Under the pieces are notes generated by a model that did not search any database, was not told the DNA's origin, and saw only the letters and a list, made by a program, of their open reading frames with translations. Both the position numbers and the translations under genes were made by a program. Below, one piece after another: positions 13,901-25,899 of a stretch of DNA of 64,000 bases. Numbering within the stretch: the stretch's first letter is position 1; each line of letters opens with the position of its first letter. The stretch comes from Oculina patagonica (taxonomy: Eukaryota): contig NC_135769.1 in NCBI RefSeq assembly GCF_052425735.1, forward strand, positions 19,282,001 to 19,346,000, in the 5' to 3' direction.

Positions 13901-15652
13901 TACATTAATAAATTCTACTTCAAGGCACATTCAGCACATTCAGGACCACAATAAGCTATTCTATAACAAAAAAAAACATTCCAAAAAATACTTGGCTTTT
14001 CCTGAAAGGGAAGAATTGCTCGCGGTCTAACAGAAATTTATTTAGCGCTTTAAACCTTTAGGGTGCCTGGACAAACAGGGTTTGGCTGAAATGATAATAA
14101 TTACCTTGTATTTGATATTTGGAGATTGTTTTTTCAGTCTTCCAACTAAAAAATCCAAAAGAGAATTGCAGCTGCTAATTGATTCATAAGTTATACCTGA
14201 CATGTATGTCAAGAAAAAATTAACAACACATTACTTTATCTTTATTGGGCACACATTTTTTTTGGGGGGGGGGAGGGTGAGGGGAAGGATTGTAGAACTT
14301 GTCAAGAAGACAAGCACTGCTCTACCTGGTACTCTCAAAATACGAAAAAAAATACTTCAGGGTCTAAATCAAATCATTACAATAAACACGTCACACCCCT
14401 ATTGTGTAAGGTGTCACTTCGTTCCACGTCAGGTTGTTTCACAAAATAGTCAGGTCATTTCACACTATGTAGTCAGATCTTGTCAGAAAGAAATCTTTAG
14501 TTAGAAATAGTTCGAAAAAAATGTCAACCGAGTGAGAATGCTCCACTTTGCCTCGTTATTTTCCGTGTAGGGAATTTGTGCGCAGGTTTCGTTGTGTGAA
14601 GCATGTTTATGTTCGTGTTCAGTGAATTAGGTTTGACCCATCTGCATCCGCAACTGAATGCTTCTAACTTCATCGATCAAAACAGAAAAACGATAAAAAA
14701 TAAGACGTTTTTCTCAAGTAAGGAAACAATTACGCTGGAACACTTTCAAACTTAGGCATGATGAGGCTGTTCTAATAGAGACATACTCATGGAATCTTCC
14801 AACGCATTTCAAGCCGCACCGTTTCAAGCTGATAAACATTACAAAAAAGAAAAAATGACGAGAAGGGAGTTCTTCTTTACATTTTCATCGAGCAAAAAGA
14901 TTTTCTTATCATTTTCGTCATTTTTAAAGTAAAATGATCTTATAATTCTTTGAAACATTCTAATGTGGAACGAAGTGACCTTGGAACAAAGTGACCGTAA
15001 ACCTTGTGTAACATCAATTGCCAACAGGTTATGCTTACATGTAGTTATGGAAGTTGACAGTATGTCACTTAGAGATTTATTTACATGGCGAGAAGCTAAT
15101 CCAAGTACTTTCACTTGTAAACAGAAAGCAGAATAGAAGACAATAGATGTGGGTTGATCCTTCTTTTAGTTGTTCCAAGTACTACTAAGAATGATCCTAC
15201 CACCAGGTAAACAGCTAGCAGGCCCTTACCACTGCAACGGATTATACAGCGTTATGTTACTTCCGGCTGTCCCCCAAAATATTCGCTTTATGCAGGCTAA
15301 AACTGGGTTACATTTAATAACACAGTACATTCAAAACAGAAATTTTCAGTTTAGGGAAAAGGATACTGTTGATTTCTTGGTACAAGTAGCCGGATGTTGG
15401 ATTATCATCATCTGACGTCGCTTTCATTAGCATCGGAATCTAGAAATATTGTAAACAGTTTTGAAATTCTGAAAAGTATAAGCCTACCTTTGCAGGCTAA
15501 AATAAGGAAGACACCTTCATTGAACGGCAGTTATGTCAATTAATAAATGGAAAACAGCTTGCATTCTATTTTACGGATAGTGGTACCTTTTTCGCGAACG
15601 AAAACGTCTCTGAAACTTTCTCTATGGCGTTTGCTGCCATCTGGCCCGCCAT
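4956..15652 (-). CDS. TEPSIN: AP-4 complex accessory protein tepsin (ENTH + VHS-like domains), 16 exons
   Basis: Phase-consistent GT-AG exons: 15652-15587, 15439-15367, 14196-14105, 13825-13732, 13132-13065, 12722-12668, 11633-11571, 10801-10643, 10201-10165, 9643-9509, 8841-8763, 7934-7800, 7464-7416, 6770-6718, 6387-6304, 5748-4956. Translation shows IPMLMKATSDDDNPTSGYLYQEI...KYKVLKIL (tepsin ENTH), KMEGFGNSP, ENITSEGGIRAVPSKEALKQF (VHS-like), the LFSGMSL AP-4 ear-binding motif and C-terminal AFSFV. The last exon needs one frameshift within 5365-5402. Confidence 0.9.
8514..8669. mobile_element. Palindromic MITE in a TEPSIN intron
   Basis: ATGGTGGATTTTCACTGACGCGTAA...TTACGCGTCAGTGGAAATCCACCAT; near-perfect hairpin. 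Confidence 0.75.
9728..9897. mobile_element. Palindromic TA-flanked MITE (Tc1/mariner-like)
   Basis: TA|CAGCAAGGCGCCCAAAAGTGTGACC...GGTCACACTTTTGGGCGCCTTGCTG|TA; arms pair almost throughout. Confidence 0.8.
10866..11196. mobile_element. Tc2/pogo-like MITE with GGGCTTATA repeats
   Basis: TA|CCGTAGAATTCCGGTTATAAGC...GCTTATAACCGGAATTTTACGG|TA. Confidence 0.85.
12104..12275. mobile_element. hAT-like MITE (CAGTGGC termini, apparent 5-bp TSD ATAAG)
   Basis: ATAAG|CAGTGGCAGATCTAG...CTGGATTCGCCACTG|AT..; the right TSD is split by the next insertion and reappears as CCACTG|ATAAG after it. Confidence 0.65.
12279..12625. mobile_element. MITE with CCCAGGGGGGGTACTC termini, 8-bp TSD CCACTGAT
   Basis: TIRs plus TSD; near-identical inverted copy at 62306-62639 and an older relative at about 30493-30918. 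Confidence 0.85.
14197..15366 (-). other. Probable U12-type (minor spliceosome) GT-AG intron, TEPSIN intron 2
   Basis: Donor GTATCCTTTT; branch-like TTTTCTTGAC about 12 nt before the AG with no polypyrimidine tract. Confidence 0.8.
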
Positions 15653-15830
15653 CTTGAATAACAAAATTCTGCTACTGCGAGCTGACCAGTATGCGGTTTT
15701 CTTCTATGCAGAAAATACGTCGTGTAGCACAACACAGACTCGTAAGCGAGGCGGAAAGCAGAGGAATAAACAAAGAACTGCTCAAAATTCTTCACTGTCT
15801 GTTGCAGAAGATCTAGAGCAAATCAAATTT
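15653..15830. promoter_or_regulatory. Compact bidirectional promoter between TEPSIN and the HAD gene
   Basis: Divergent ATGs at 15652 (-) and 15831 (+), about 180 bp apart; YY1-like AAGATGGCGG overlaps the TEPSIN start. Confidence 0.65.
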
Positions 15831-16296
15831 ATGGTTAGAATTCCGCGATTTTACGGAATTTATGGACTAGTCAGTCTTCTTTTCATCATTCTAACAGCCC
15901 TTTCTATTAAAGGTAAGCGATGTTGTTTGCATTTCTCAAATGAGAAGCTGATTACGTAACTGAACATAAAATGATTTGGGTTTGGGATGGCGAGAGGTTA
16001 TAACAGTTTGACAACTCATGAAGGAAAGCTAAGCTCATTTAATTCTTTAAAAATACTCAGATGCCACCAGTGATCGCCCTCTTTTTATTTAAATGAACAC
16101 CTTCATTGAGATAACACCTTATATAAACATATCCAGAAATAAGAAATGGTACACAGCTGATTAAATTTCTAATCTAGCAACTCTAACTGGTCAACCGACA
16201 GGTACATGTGTACTGTGCAGAGAAGAAACAACCACAACTAACTGTATACTACGAAAGCCGAGGAGGGACATCACATTTCAGACTTCAAACTTCAGG

Positions 16297-16328
<32 letters not shown>

Positions 16329-18786
16329 AGACTTCCGCCTTTAGAATTCAGAGACTTCTGCCGACCTCCGAGTTGTTGAGTTGTTAGATCAGGCAGATCC
16401 ACTATTTAAAGTCAGATTCGCTATCTATAAAGTCAGATCCGGTTGTTAGTAATCGGCGTAACGGCGGAACGCGGAACGGCGGAACGGCAGAACGAGAATC
16501 GGCATAACGAGATTTTTTTAAAATAACTTAATTAATTTATTGCTATAAACAAAATAACATTAATTAATTCTCACTTACCTGGAACCATTTTTTTTTCTTT
16601 ATTTCACACACAATAGGCCGCAATATCGTTGATGGCTTATACATGATCTCTGGACTGTCACACGAGACAAAGGGTTATAAGAGTTATGCAAATAGAGAAA
16701 AAGAAATTCCTGGTTTAAATGGATCTTTTGGACAATTTGGCACTTTCTTGCTAAAACTGGACTTAACTTTTATTAGCTGATTTACGCGCTCTTTCTGATA
16801 CCACATGAAAAGCAACGGTTCTTGTATGATCGCCGAAGTTAAGATCTGTTTGGCGGGATTAGTACTTGGATGGGTGACCAACTGAAAATACCCCTTGTTG
16901 TGGGCTTTTCATTTTCTTTCTTTCTTTTTCTTACGAAATCAGTAACTTTTCAGGCCCTTCTATTTTTTCCAACGGCTTCATTGACTTGCTTCGGCTTTGT
17001 ACGTTTCATTGTCTCGATCGAGGCGAGAAAGTCCGAAGGACAGTCGCGCTACTGAGCTTCTCCTTGAAATCCTCACTCGAAATAAAATCGAAATCCTGGC
17101 TCTAGATCGATCTAGAAGGATTAAGAAGATATGCATGCCCTTTATTTTGTGAAATATATTTACTGTTTGTTTGTTTGTTTGTCCAGTTTTACGTAATTAA
17201 GTCCAGAGGTCATGTATTAGCCGTAAACGATATTGCGGCCTATTGTGTGTGAAATAAAGAAAAAAAATGGTTCCAGGTACCACTGTCTGCAGGTCTGCAA
17301 GGTGGGAATTTATTAATTTAATTTTGTTCATAATTAATTAAGTTATTAAAATAAATCCCGTTACCCCGATTCTCATTCTGCCGTTACACCGATTACTAAC
17401 AACCGGATCCGACTTCATAGATAGCGAATCTGACTTTAAATAGTGGATCTGCCTGATCTAACAACTCAATAACTCGGAGGTCAGCAGAAATTAAGCAAAT
17501 GCGGAAGTCTGAAGTCTGAAGTCCGATGTCTGAAGTCTGAAGTCTGAAGTCTGAAGTTTGAAGTTTGAAGTCTGAAATCTGATGTCCCTCCTCGGCTTTC
17601 GTAGTATACATTTTTATAAATTCTTTACTTGTTTCTCTTAATTTGTACATATAAAACGTCGATTTTTAGAAGTTTTTTATTTAAGATTTTTGTGATTTTT
17701 CCTGGTTTTAGTGTCCTCAATGAAGGGGAAAAAGAAATGAAGGGCAATGTTGTAACAAGAATAAATATTTCTGAGCTTTAGACTTTATAAACCTTGTGTT
17801 TATAAATTGTTGCTCTTTTTATTTCAGTTGTCATGGCAACTGTCATGGATGCTGGTCTTGCATCATCAGCGTCGACGACATGTGAAGCAGATTGGATGGG
17901 CTTGAAAGTCAGCCTGTTTGCCTTCGATTTTGATGGTACCTGCACTCAGAAGGACACAACAAGCCTCCTATACAGAGCAACAGAAAAGTACCGCTCTTCC
18001 ACTCAAGCTGAAATGAAAACCATTGACGAGCATTGGAATGAGTTGGGAAAGAAGTATTGGACTGGTCATCAAGAGGTTGTTGCTAAGTCACTCTCTGTTC
18101 ACGCTGATCCTAATTTGTCTACATTTGATGAGAAAGGCTTGAGGTCATTCCTACAAGAGGTGTACAACTATGACATGTCAATGACAAAGGAAGTTGAAGC
18201 CAGTGAAATTCTTAAAGGGATTTCTAAAGAAGCTGTTAAAGAAATTGCAAAGGAAGTTAAGCTTAGTCCTGGGTGTCTGAATGTTCTCAATCACATCAAC
18301 CTACCACTGCACTTGATATCAGTTAATTGGTGTCAAGACCTGATCCACGCAAACATTGGTCACCTCAGACATTTGAATATCTTTGCGAATAGTCTTCCAC
18401 TTGAAGGTGAATTATCGTCGGGTAATTTAGGCAAGAAAGTCAAAAGTGCCTCTGACAAAGAAATTATTTTCCAGGACTTGCTTCACAACAAATCTGTGGA
18501 CAGTTCTGAGGGTCTTTCAGTTTTTGTTGGTGATTCAATAGGTGACATCCTGGCATTGTTAAAATCAGATGTTGGAATTGTGATTGGGAAAAGTCAAACA
18601 TTGAGAAAAGTGGCAAAATCATTTGGAATCAAGCTTCTACCCTTGGAGGAATTACAAAAGATAACTAGAAATGGTTGCCAAGAACAAACAACTCCAAAAC
18701 AGAAAGAAGTGCTGTTTGAGGCACCTTCATGGAATGAAATTGGGTTTACTTTGTTTGGAACAAGTTACACTCCTAATAAATTCTAG
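15831..18786 (+). CDS. HAD-superfamily phosphatase resembling the plant TH2 thiamine-monophosphate phosphatase domain / fungal Cto1 (YCR015C), with N-terminal signal peptide or anchor
   Basis: Exon 1 15831-15912 (MVRIPRFYGIYGLVSLLFIILTALSIK, donor GTAAG) joins in frame to exon 2 17828-18786. HAD motif I FDFDGTCTQKDT, motif II LISVNW, motif III K (SDK), motif IV FVGDSIGDILALLKSDVGIVIG. Confidence 0.8.
16247..17606. mobile_element. Fold-back DNA element with about 400-bp inverted arms containing (CAGACTT)n heptamers; TA TSD
   Basis: TG-TA|TACTACGAAAGCCGAGGAGGGACATC ... GATGTCCCTCCTCGGCTTTCGTAGTA|TA-CA; arms about 16247-16657 and 17200-17606. Confidence 0.85.
16788..16909 (+). pseudogene. 5S rRNA-derived sequence inside the fold-back element
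   Basis: About 120 nt colinear with eukaryotic 5S: ATACCAC..GAAAA..CGGTTCT..GATCGCCGAAGTTAAG..TTAGTACTTGGATGGGTGACC..AATACC..TGTTGTGGGC followed by TTTT; stems partly decayed. Confidence 0.85.
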
Positions 18787-20812
18787 AACTGAATAATCAG
18801 AACTCTACTGTGTCTATAATTTTCAAATTGAAATGTTAATTTATAGATAAAATATTCTTGTTTTCGGCCTTGGCAAGTACAGCAAAAGTTGCAGTACATA
18901 AGAAGCCAGTTAATATTGACATTTAAAGGGTTTGTCACTGATTTTGCTCATTGTTTTTAGGGCATTTTGGCTAGTTCTTAAACCTATTATCTCAAAAACA
19001 ATGAACAAAATCAGTGACAGACCCATGTAAACTCCTGCATCAACATTTGATTTATTTTAGGATAACTTTGAATCCAAAAATGTTCTTTTAACAAAAGAAA
19101 CAAGCATTAGGTTGAAAACTAGAAACCTGTTTCAAAAAATTGGATACAAATATCTGCCATTTAAACCCATGGGTTGTGCATTTCCAGTCTGCTGTCAATT
19201 GGATTGAATTGAATGGATTGAATGATGTCATATGGTAGCCCCATAATTTACCTCATTCAATTTGTATAAGGGGCAACAATGTGTTTGTTGTGAAATCCAA
19301 AATGGACTGGCATACAGGAAATTCAAAATCCAAAGCAGCTGGTACTGTTTATACAAATTTATATTTTCAATATATAGAAGTAGCAGTTAATAATACATTA
19401 TTAATAACTGCAACTTGTCCTATTGACAGAGGTTTCCTTTTATTTAAGGCAGTAAGTTATTCAGGTTTTGAATGGGGTCAGTATATATTATTGGTGTTTG
19501 ATCAAGTTTGGGAAAGGTGAAAAGTTTAATATTTTAATTATGGCTTGTGCAAAAAGAGTGGTAGCTGGGATTGAATTTGTGATTTGCATACTCATAATCA
19601 TCATCATCACATTGATAATAATTTGATTAGGGAATGTTTAATTTACCAATTGTGAAGTTGGTCGAATCGATAATGTATGGTATTTCCAGCCAGTTACAAA
19701 AGAGGCGATACAAAATAAACTTGTCTTTTTATTTACTGTTTTGTGGTTATTGTATAACTTGCAACATATTTTGTACATAACATGAAAATATGAATCATTT
19801 ATATTACAATTTCAGATAAAGAAATCAAGTGAAAATGACTTTTGCTGACCATTTTATCACTTGCATTTTTTATCCATAGTGGGCATGATTTATCTCATAT
19901 TATATGCACATTATCACATCAGTATCAGACTTAAGACGTAAAACTGACTTGGTGTAGATCCCTAGTAGTCCCCTTCGCAGCTGTTTTTTGGGCTTATCAT
20001 GCAATGCTCTCTCCCCCACAGAACATTGAGTGACAAGCCCAAACAACTGCAAAGGAGACCAGATCACTAGCTGTGCCAGGAAAATTGTGCCTGTGCCCTT
20101 AGTCACAAATCATGTATCTCCAGATCAGAGCCCAAACACAAAAACAACAACTAGTTGGATGCAGGGCTAAAACTGTAGCAGGGTTAAAACTGAGGCAAGA
20201 TTAATACTGTTATTCCAGTTAAAAGCAAAGGGCTGCTACAACTTCATAAGGGGTTTTGGGCAGGCTTTTATCTTGGGGAACTCATAAAAAATTGTTTGGA
20301 AGGAAGCTGACAAGAAACAGCATTAAGATATAGAGCGTCTTCACTCACGTGACCAGCGGCCATATTGGTTTACTAAGACAAAAGATTATTTTTGCATACA
20401 AATAGAGTTCAATTCCTGGAGGAATGGCTTAGAACACCCATATGGCTGCCATTCCAGTTTTTGGAACACCAATATGGCTGCTGTGATGTCATAAGAAAAC
20501 TCTCTATACTGTAAGAATTCCACTGTGATGAATAAAAATAATTGCTTTGATCTACAATCTACTTACAAACTTATTCATTGCCTATTTCTATTTGAAGTTC
20601 AATGTTCTGTAAGGAGGTTAGGTACTGTAAGTTAATATGAAAAAGTTGGATGGGAAAGGCTCACATCCATGGGGGCTTTCAACCAAAATAACTTTAGCTA
20701 GCAGAAAGATGGGCCTATAACCTGGAGGGCTTATAAGTGGCATTTTATAGTATATCTTTTCTTCCCATGTGTCACAGTAGTTGTATTTCGTTTTAAGCAT
20801 CCCTTCAGCCTT

Positions 20813-23800
20813 TTACTGGAGAAGATTTTTCCTTAGTTTTCTTATTGCCTTTCCCTCTAGTATTTCTGCGTCCTTCTGGGCATATCTTGCAGTTCAGACA
20901 TGTCGCACAATGTGGTCCTACAGGAAGACATGTCTGTTGACCGAATCCAACGAACAACAAATTCAGTTCATCCCACTCCTCCCTGAGGAAGCAAACAGAA
21001 AGAAAGGATTTCTTATGTGATTACTATCTAGTTTCATTTAGCATACAGTTAAAGATGATTTCCAGTCCGGACTGCGCAGACTCAGGGTTTGTTTTCATTT
21101 TTGTTTTGAATTCATTGAAACGTTACACTTCGGCGATAGCGTACATGAAGTTTTTTAGTTCGCCATTACGGATCGTTTCGTTCAAGAATTCACGATGAGC
21201 TAAAACGTCCGTTTGAAATACCGTCGAGCTTCTTTTACTCGTTATTATTGTTTTGCAAGGATATCTGGCGTTAATAATGAAGAAAAAGGTAAGTTTTGTC
21301 CCGGAATTTTTATTTTTGCTAGTAAACATTCTTCTGTTTGTGAGACTCACAAACATTGCAGGCGGAGATTGCGCAGTACGGACTGGAAATCATCTTTAAT
21401 AATGTGAGGCAAAAACTAGGGGTACTTAAAAAAAATTGTGAAGAAATTATTCAACATGACACGAGCGTGGGACAAAGAAAAAAAAAAATCTGAGTCCCAT
21501 ACTCGTGTCATGTTGAATAATTTCTTCACTATTTATCACTGAGCTTGAAAAATTTACCATCTTCATTATTTACTTCAAAAAAATTATTAATGACCACCAC
21601 ATGCAGGGGTAGTGAATGGTCCTTCAAAAAATGTGCCGCAAAATTTTAGCAAAATTTCTAGGGGCCTTGTCACCTTGAATTTTTCTTTGACGTCTTCTCA
21701 GAGTCTCGATTTCTTTTGCAATGCTAAAAAGGTCTCGGGCTTGCAGAAAAGATATCACTTTCATTTCACAAAGTCTTGCATTTACCATTTGACACCCATA
21801 CATGCAAATGCCTAGTCAAATTTTTCTTATCCTAACAAAGGTGACTAGTCAATAAAAAATGTTAATAAGACTGCTGCTCTTTCAATCAAAGCATCTTTAT
21901 TTAGCTCTTTTCCTTACAGTGCGACTTCTCGAACCGGGGCACCCTGAACAAAATTAACCAATCACAGTGTTAATTAAAAACAAAGGATGGGGGGGAAATT
22001 AAGGATCGAAGCTAACCAATCCAAAACAAGGCAAGTTTCCTGAGAGGTCTGCATCTGTTTGTAACGTTGTTGACACTTCAAATTATGTAGGTAATCTTTT
22101 GTTTACGTTCTAGAATGTTATTGGTCCGTTGCAAAAAAATGTTTCTATCCTTTGTTTTCAATTAACACCGTGATTGGTTAATTTTGTTCAGGGTGCCCCG
22201 GTTCAAGTAGTCGCACTGTAAGTCTTCACCAACAAAACAGAAAGTGTTGAATGGAAAAATTGAAAAGTTACATTGTTTTATAAGATGATTATTACCTTGG
22301 TAGCCAACTCTCCACAGCAATTCTTGTTTCTTCAGGTACTTTGGTGGGTTTCTTGACCCAACCCAGTCTGTTGCATATTCTATGGACATGAGTATCGACA
22401 CCTATTCCAGTGACCTGTCCCCAAGCTACATTCATTGTAATGTGTGCCATTTTGGGGCCAACTCCTGGGAGCTTAACGAGCTCTTCTACTGTTGGTGGAA
22501 TGTCGCCATTATACTTCTCAGCACAAATTTTAGTTGCATCTTTTATGTAATCGGCCTTTTTCTGCAATATTTCAGATAAGATGACAAATAAATCATTTTG
22601 TGTTTTTCAAATTGATTTAAGTCTGTTTCAGTCACAGAGGGCATTGGAGAAACCTGATGGCAAATAAGTGTCTGTACTTATAACTTGTAGCACAAGGTGA
22701 CAAATTGCTCCCCCTGGATGGACACTAAAACCAAAGTGAATGCAAGTCATCACAAGTGCATGCAAGTACATGTAAGTCCTATAGCCAAACAAAGTCGTAA
22801 GTAGATGCAAGTTTTCAACTTGTGTGTACTTGCAGCTCGGTTTGGTCAGGCCTTAAGATCATTTACACCTCCTAATGGGTAAAAAGACTTTTATGTAAAG
22901 TAAACAGATTTGGCTGTACAAGGGCGACAGGAAGATAATACAGGTTACTAGTACACAATGGTGAAACTCAGATAAACAAACTATACAAGCTATTCTTTTT
23001 TGGGGTATGAGCAGACAGTGGTTTTCTTTGGAATAGTTTTTTTTCCCTATGAAATGTGACTTACCTTCCAGAAACCAACAGGGTAGATCAGCTCTCCAAT
23101 TTTGCTTGTTGATGTTTTAAGAATCTTCTCTATTGTTAAACCATAAGCTTTTAACTTTTCCATCGCTGCAAAAGTGACTTGGTCTTTTGTTTGACTTGAT
23201 AACATGAGAGAGATGAGTACCTGATAGCGAACAGTCTGCAAAAAAAGAGACAAATGACCTTTTTAAACACCTTTCTCAGCAGTGGTACCAGCAGAGAGCA
23301 AGTCTCAGTAATAGGGACATTATCTGTTATGCAGTGTACTACATTATTTTTTTGTAAAGTGTGCCAGTTATGGTTGGAATAGCTCACATTTTTCAACTAG
23401 GTGTGAGAAATTGTTCCGTAAGCGGGAGTTGGCGTGAGATCTTAGTTTTCAACTTGCAGGCATGAGACTCACGCCTAAGGCGTGAAAGTTAGCAGGTATA
23501 TATACCAACCCCAGCTACATTAGGTAACTGCCAACCCATAGGGCAAGGTTTTATTACCGGTAATAGTTGTTTTGCCTGAAACATAATACGGATGTTTGAA
23601 TTTTGTGAAATAACTGAGAACCATGCAGCACACCCCAACTAAACATTCTGAGAAGTACCTCCCCCTCCCCAGATTTTACACCACAGATGCACCAGTTTCA
23701 AATCAATAATTGAATTTGGAAATCGAATATCCATCAATAAAACCTCAACTGCACAGTAATTTACGAACTTCACACAACACTCCCCCCCCCCCCGTCACTC

Positions 23801-24207
23801 CCATCCCCCCCCCCTCCATCTACCCAAGCATGCATCACCTCAGGAGACTGGCTGATATCAGCTGTCTTTTCACATCCCTGTGAATCAACTGGCGCATCTC
23901 GAGATTTTCTCATTTCACGAATGTTGGCCAACTGCTCCCTCCAGTTAGCAGGTTCCCATCCTGAAGTTTGTGCCTGTGTCGCGGAAACTTCCTTTTTACG
24001 CTTTTTAGCCGCAACATCTTGATTTTCGATTTTGTCGTCGCTCGTGGATTCCTCTTGATATTCGATCTTGATGTGCCTTCTTGGTTGTTTTTGCCTGGTC
24101 GAAAGAGCTGAAATCGCTTCTCTCGCCGCCGAACGAGTTTGTCTTCCACTTGAGGTAAAATACGGGGAAGTGCTCATCCTGTAAATGGATGAAAACAAAC
24201 TGATCAT
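20813..24207 (-). CDS. NTHL1: Endonuclease III-like DNA glycosylase/AP lyase NTHL1, 4 exons
   Basis: Exons 24207-23839, 23235-23065, 22561-22296, 20982-20813; [17 protein letters not shown], HhH motif [18 protein letters not shown], 4Fe-4S motif [17 protein letters not shown]. Confidence 0.95.
21917..22218. mobile_element. TA-flanked MITE in the last NTHL1 intron
   Basis: TA|CAGTGCGACTTCTCGAACCGGGGCACCCTGAACAAAATTAACCAATCAC ... inverted copy |TA. Confidence 0.8.
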
Positions 24208-25369
24208 GGGTTCCAAAGTCTCTGACGGTGCTTCTCTCTGTCCGCCATCTTTGTTGTTGTTAGCTCCGGTCTGATGATTTTTGGCGGGAACCACCCAGCC
24301 TCGACCGCGCATCACGGAGAGATTTCCTGAGATCGAGGGCGCTTTCCATTCGACATTCGACCAAAAAATCCGGTAATTTTCGGAACAAGGACGAAAGGTA
24401 CAGAAATTTCCTGGGAAAGTTTCCAGAAAATCCGGAAAGTGTTGACTTTCCGAAATGTGAACCATTCAACCGAAAATCCCGGAAATTCCAGAAGCAAAAT
24501 CAAATGGAACTGAAAGTTCCCGGAAATTGTTTTCGAAAATTTGGGTCTACCTTGCGAGGTTGTCCTCTTTTCCGGAAATTTTGGAAAAAGCTACCATTTT
24601 ACACTCAGCATAAGTTCCTTCGGCCGAAAATTTAGCGATTTGTGCAGCTGAAAGCAGCTATATATGTTAAGGAAGCATTCTTGAAACTCCAAATAAAAAT
24701 TTAGGTGAACTCGGTTGTTTTTCGTTGTTGTTTTGTAGGCGGCAGCAAAGAAATGTACAAATATTTATAACGCGCGTGCAGGCTACGCCATTGTTTTGCT
24801 CATTTAACCTTTTGGGTTGGCGACGTTTTCGTTGCTTGTAGTGTGCCGTTTGAAAAGACCCTGTATTTGTAGCCACGATGTCATTCATGGTGTTTATTTC
24901 AGTGCTCGGAATGCTTTTTATTTTCCAAAATATCGAGCTATATGTGCAGGAAACCGGCAACAGTGCATTATTTTAATGCACCGTAGAAATTTCCATATTA
25001 GACGCACAACCCCCCCCCCCCCCCTTTTTGGCAGCAAGAAAAATTTGGGCAAAGCCAGTTTTAAAAGAAGTTTTTATTTTTTTTTTCGAAGAAATAGATA
25101 TTTTCTATTTTAACCTGAACTCGGCGTGGTAAAGCCAGTTAAATTCACACAAGACAGTGGTTGCCTAGCACGTGATGAATTTCTGTTTATAAGGGAAGGG
25201 GATCACATGTTGATATACATATTTTTGTAATTTTTTTATTGGGGCACTGTACTGCAAATATCTGTCACAGTGAAACACTTGATAAAAAAGCTTCAACGGC
25301 GATATTCTGGAAGCCGAGCAGAAAATTGTTTACGCGAAAGTTTTTGTCGTGTGCGCGGATTAGGCTACG

Positions 25370-25899
25370 TGACTGTTTCAGGAATGCTGGAGACAATGCA
25401 CGAGAGTGTTCTATTTGATATGTTTCCAGAGTTTCCTAATGTGGTACATATCCCTACACTGATACCTGCTCAGTATCGTGTTCTGCAGAGTGATCATTCA
25501 GTGCGTTGCGCAGATTGAAAACTTACCTCCGCAGCACCTGGTGGGAAACGTGTCAGAAACATCGCACTTATTAACATTGAAAGGGCGTGTGCCAACTCTG
25601 TAGTCAACAATGACATGGATGACAATCATGACATGGACCGCATCATTGATATCTTCGGCCATGGAAATGGCAGAGAGACAGCTATTTCTTTTAACGTGTT
25701 TTATGACCTCATATCATGGATTTATATGTAAGAATATTTTCACTTCAGATGTAGGCATATGTTAGTGCATCGTATAACCCTCGTTTCTTTTTATAGGTAA
25801 CTGTTGCAACTTGCGAGAATTTTTTTGGCAAATGGTTAACTGCCTCCCCCCCCCCCCCCTCCCCCCCCTCCACTGGCCAAAAATTTTCCGTACGCCTAT
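25370..25899 (+). mobile_element. Degenerate hAT transposase C-terminus (dimerisation domain) with terminal repeat
   Basis: Frameshifted remnants reading FDMFPEF..IP..SAE.SFSALRRLKTYLRST..IALINIER; ends in CCGTACGCCTATG, the same terminus as at about 29527-29537. Confidence 0.65.

Noticed and set aside
16788-16909. Functional 5S rRNA gene
   Set aside because: The terminal helix and other stems have several non-compensated changes, and it is a single copy inside a transposon
17396-17650. ORF with LQTSDFR repeats
   Set aside because: Translation of the CAGACTT heptamer array in a transposon arm
23770-24465. 231-aa ORF as a full NTHL1 first exon
   Set aside because: The upstream part runs through a MITE remnant (about 24337-24600) and the downstream part reads into the intron; only 24207-23839 is supported
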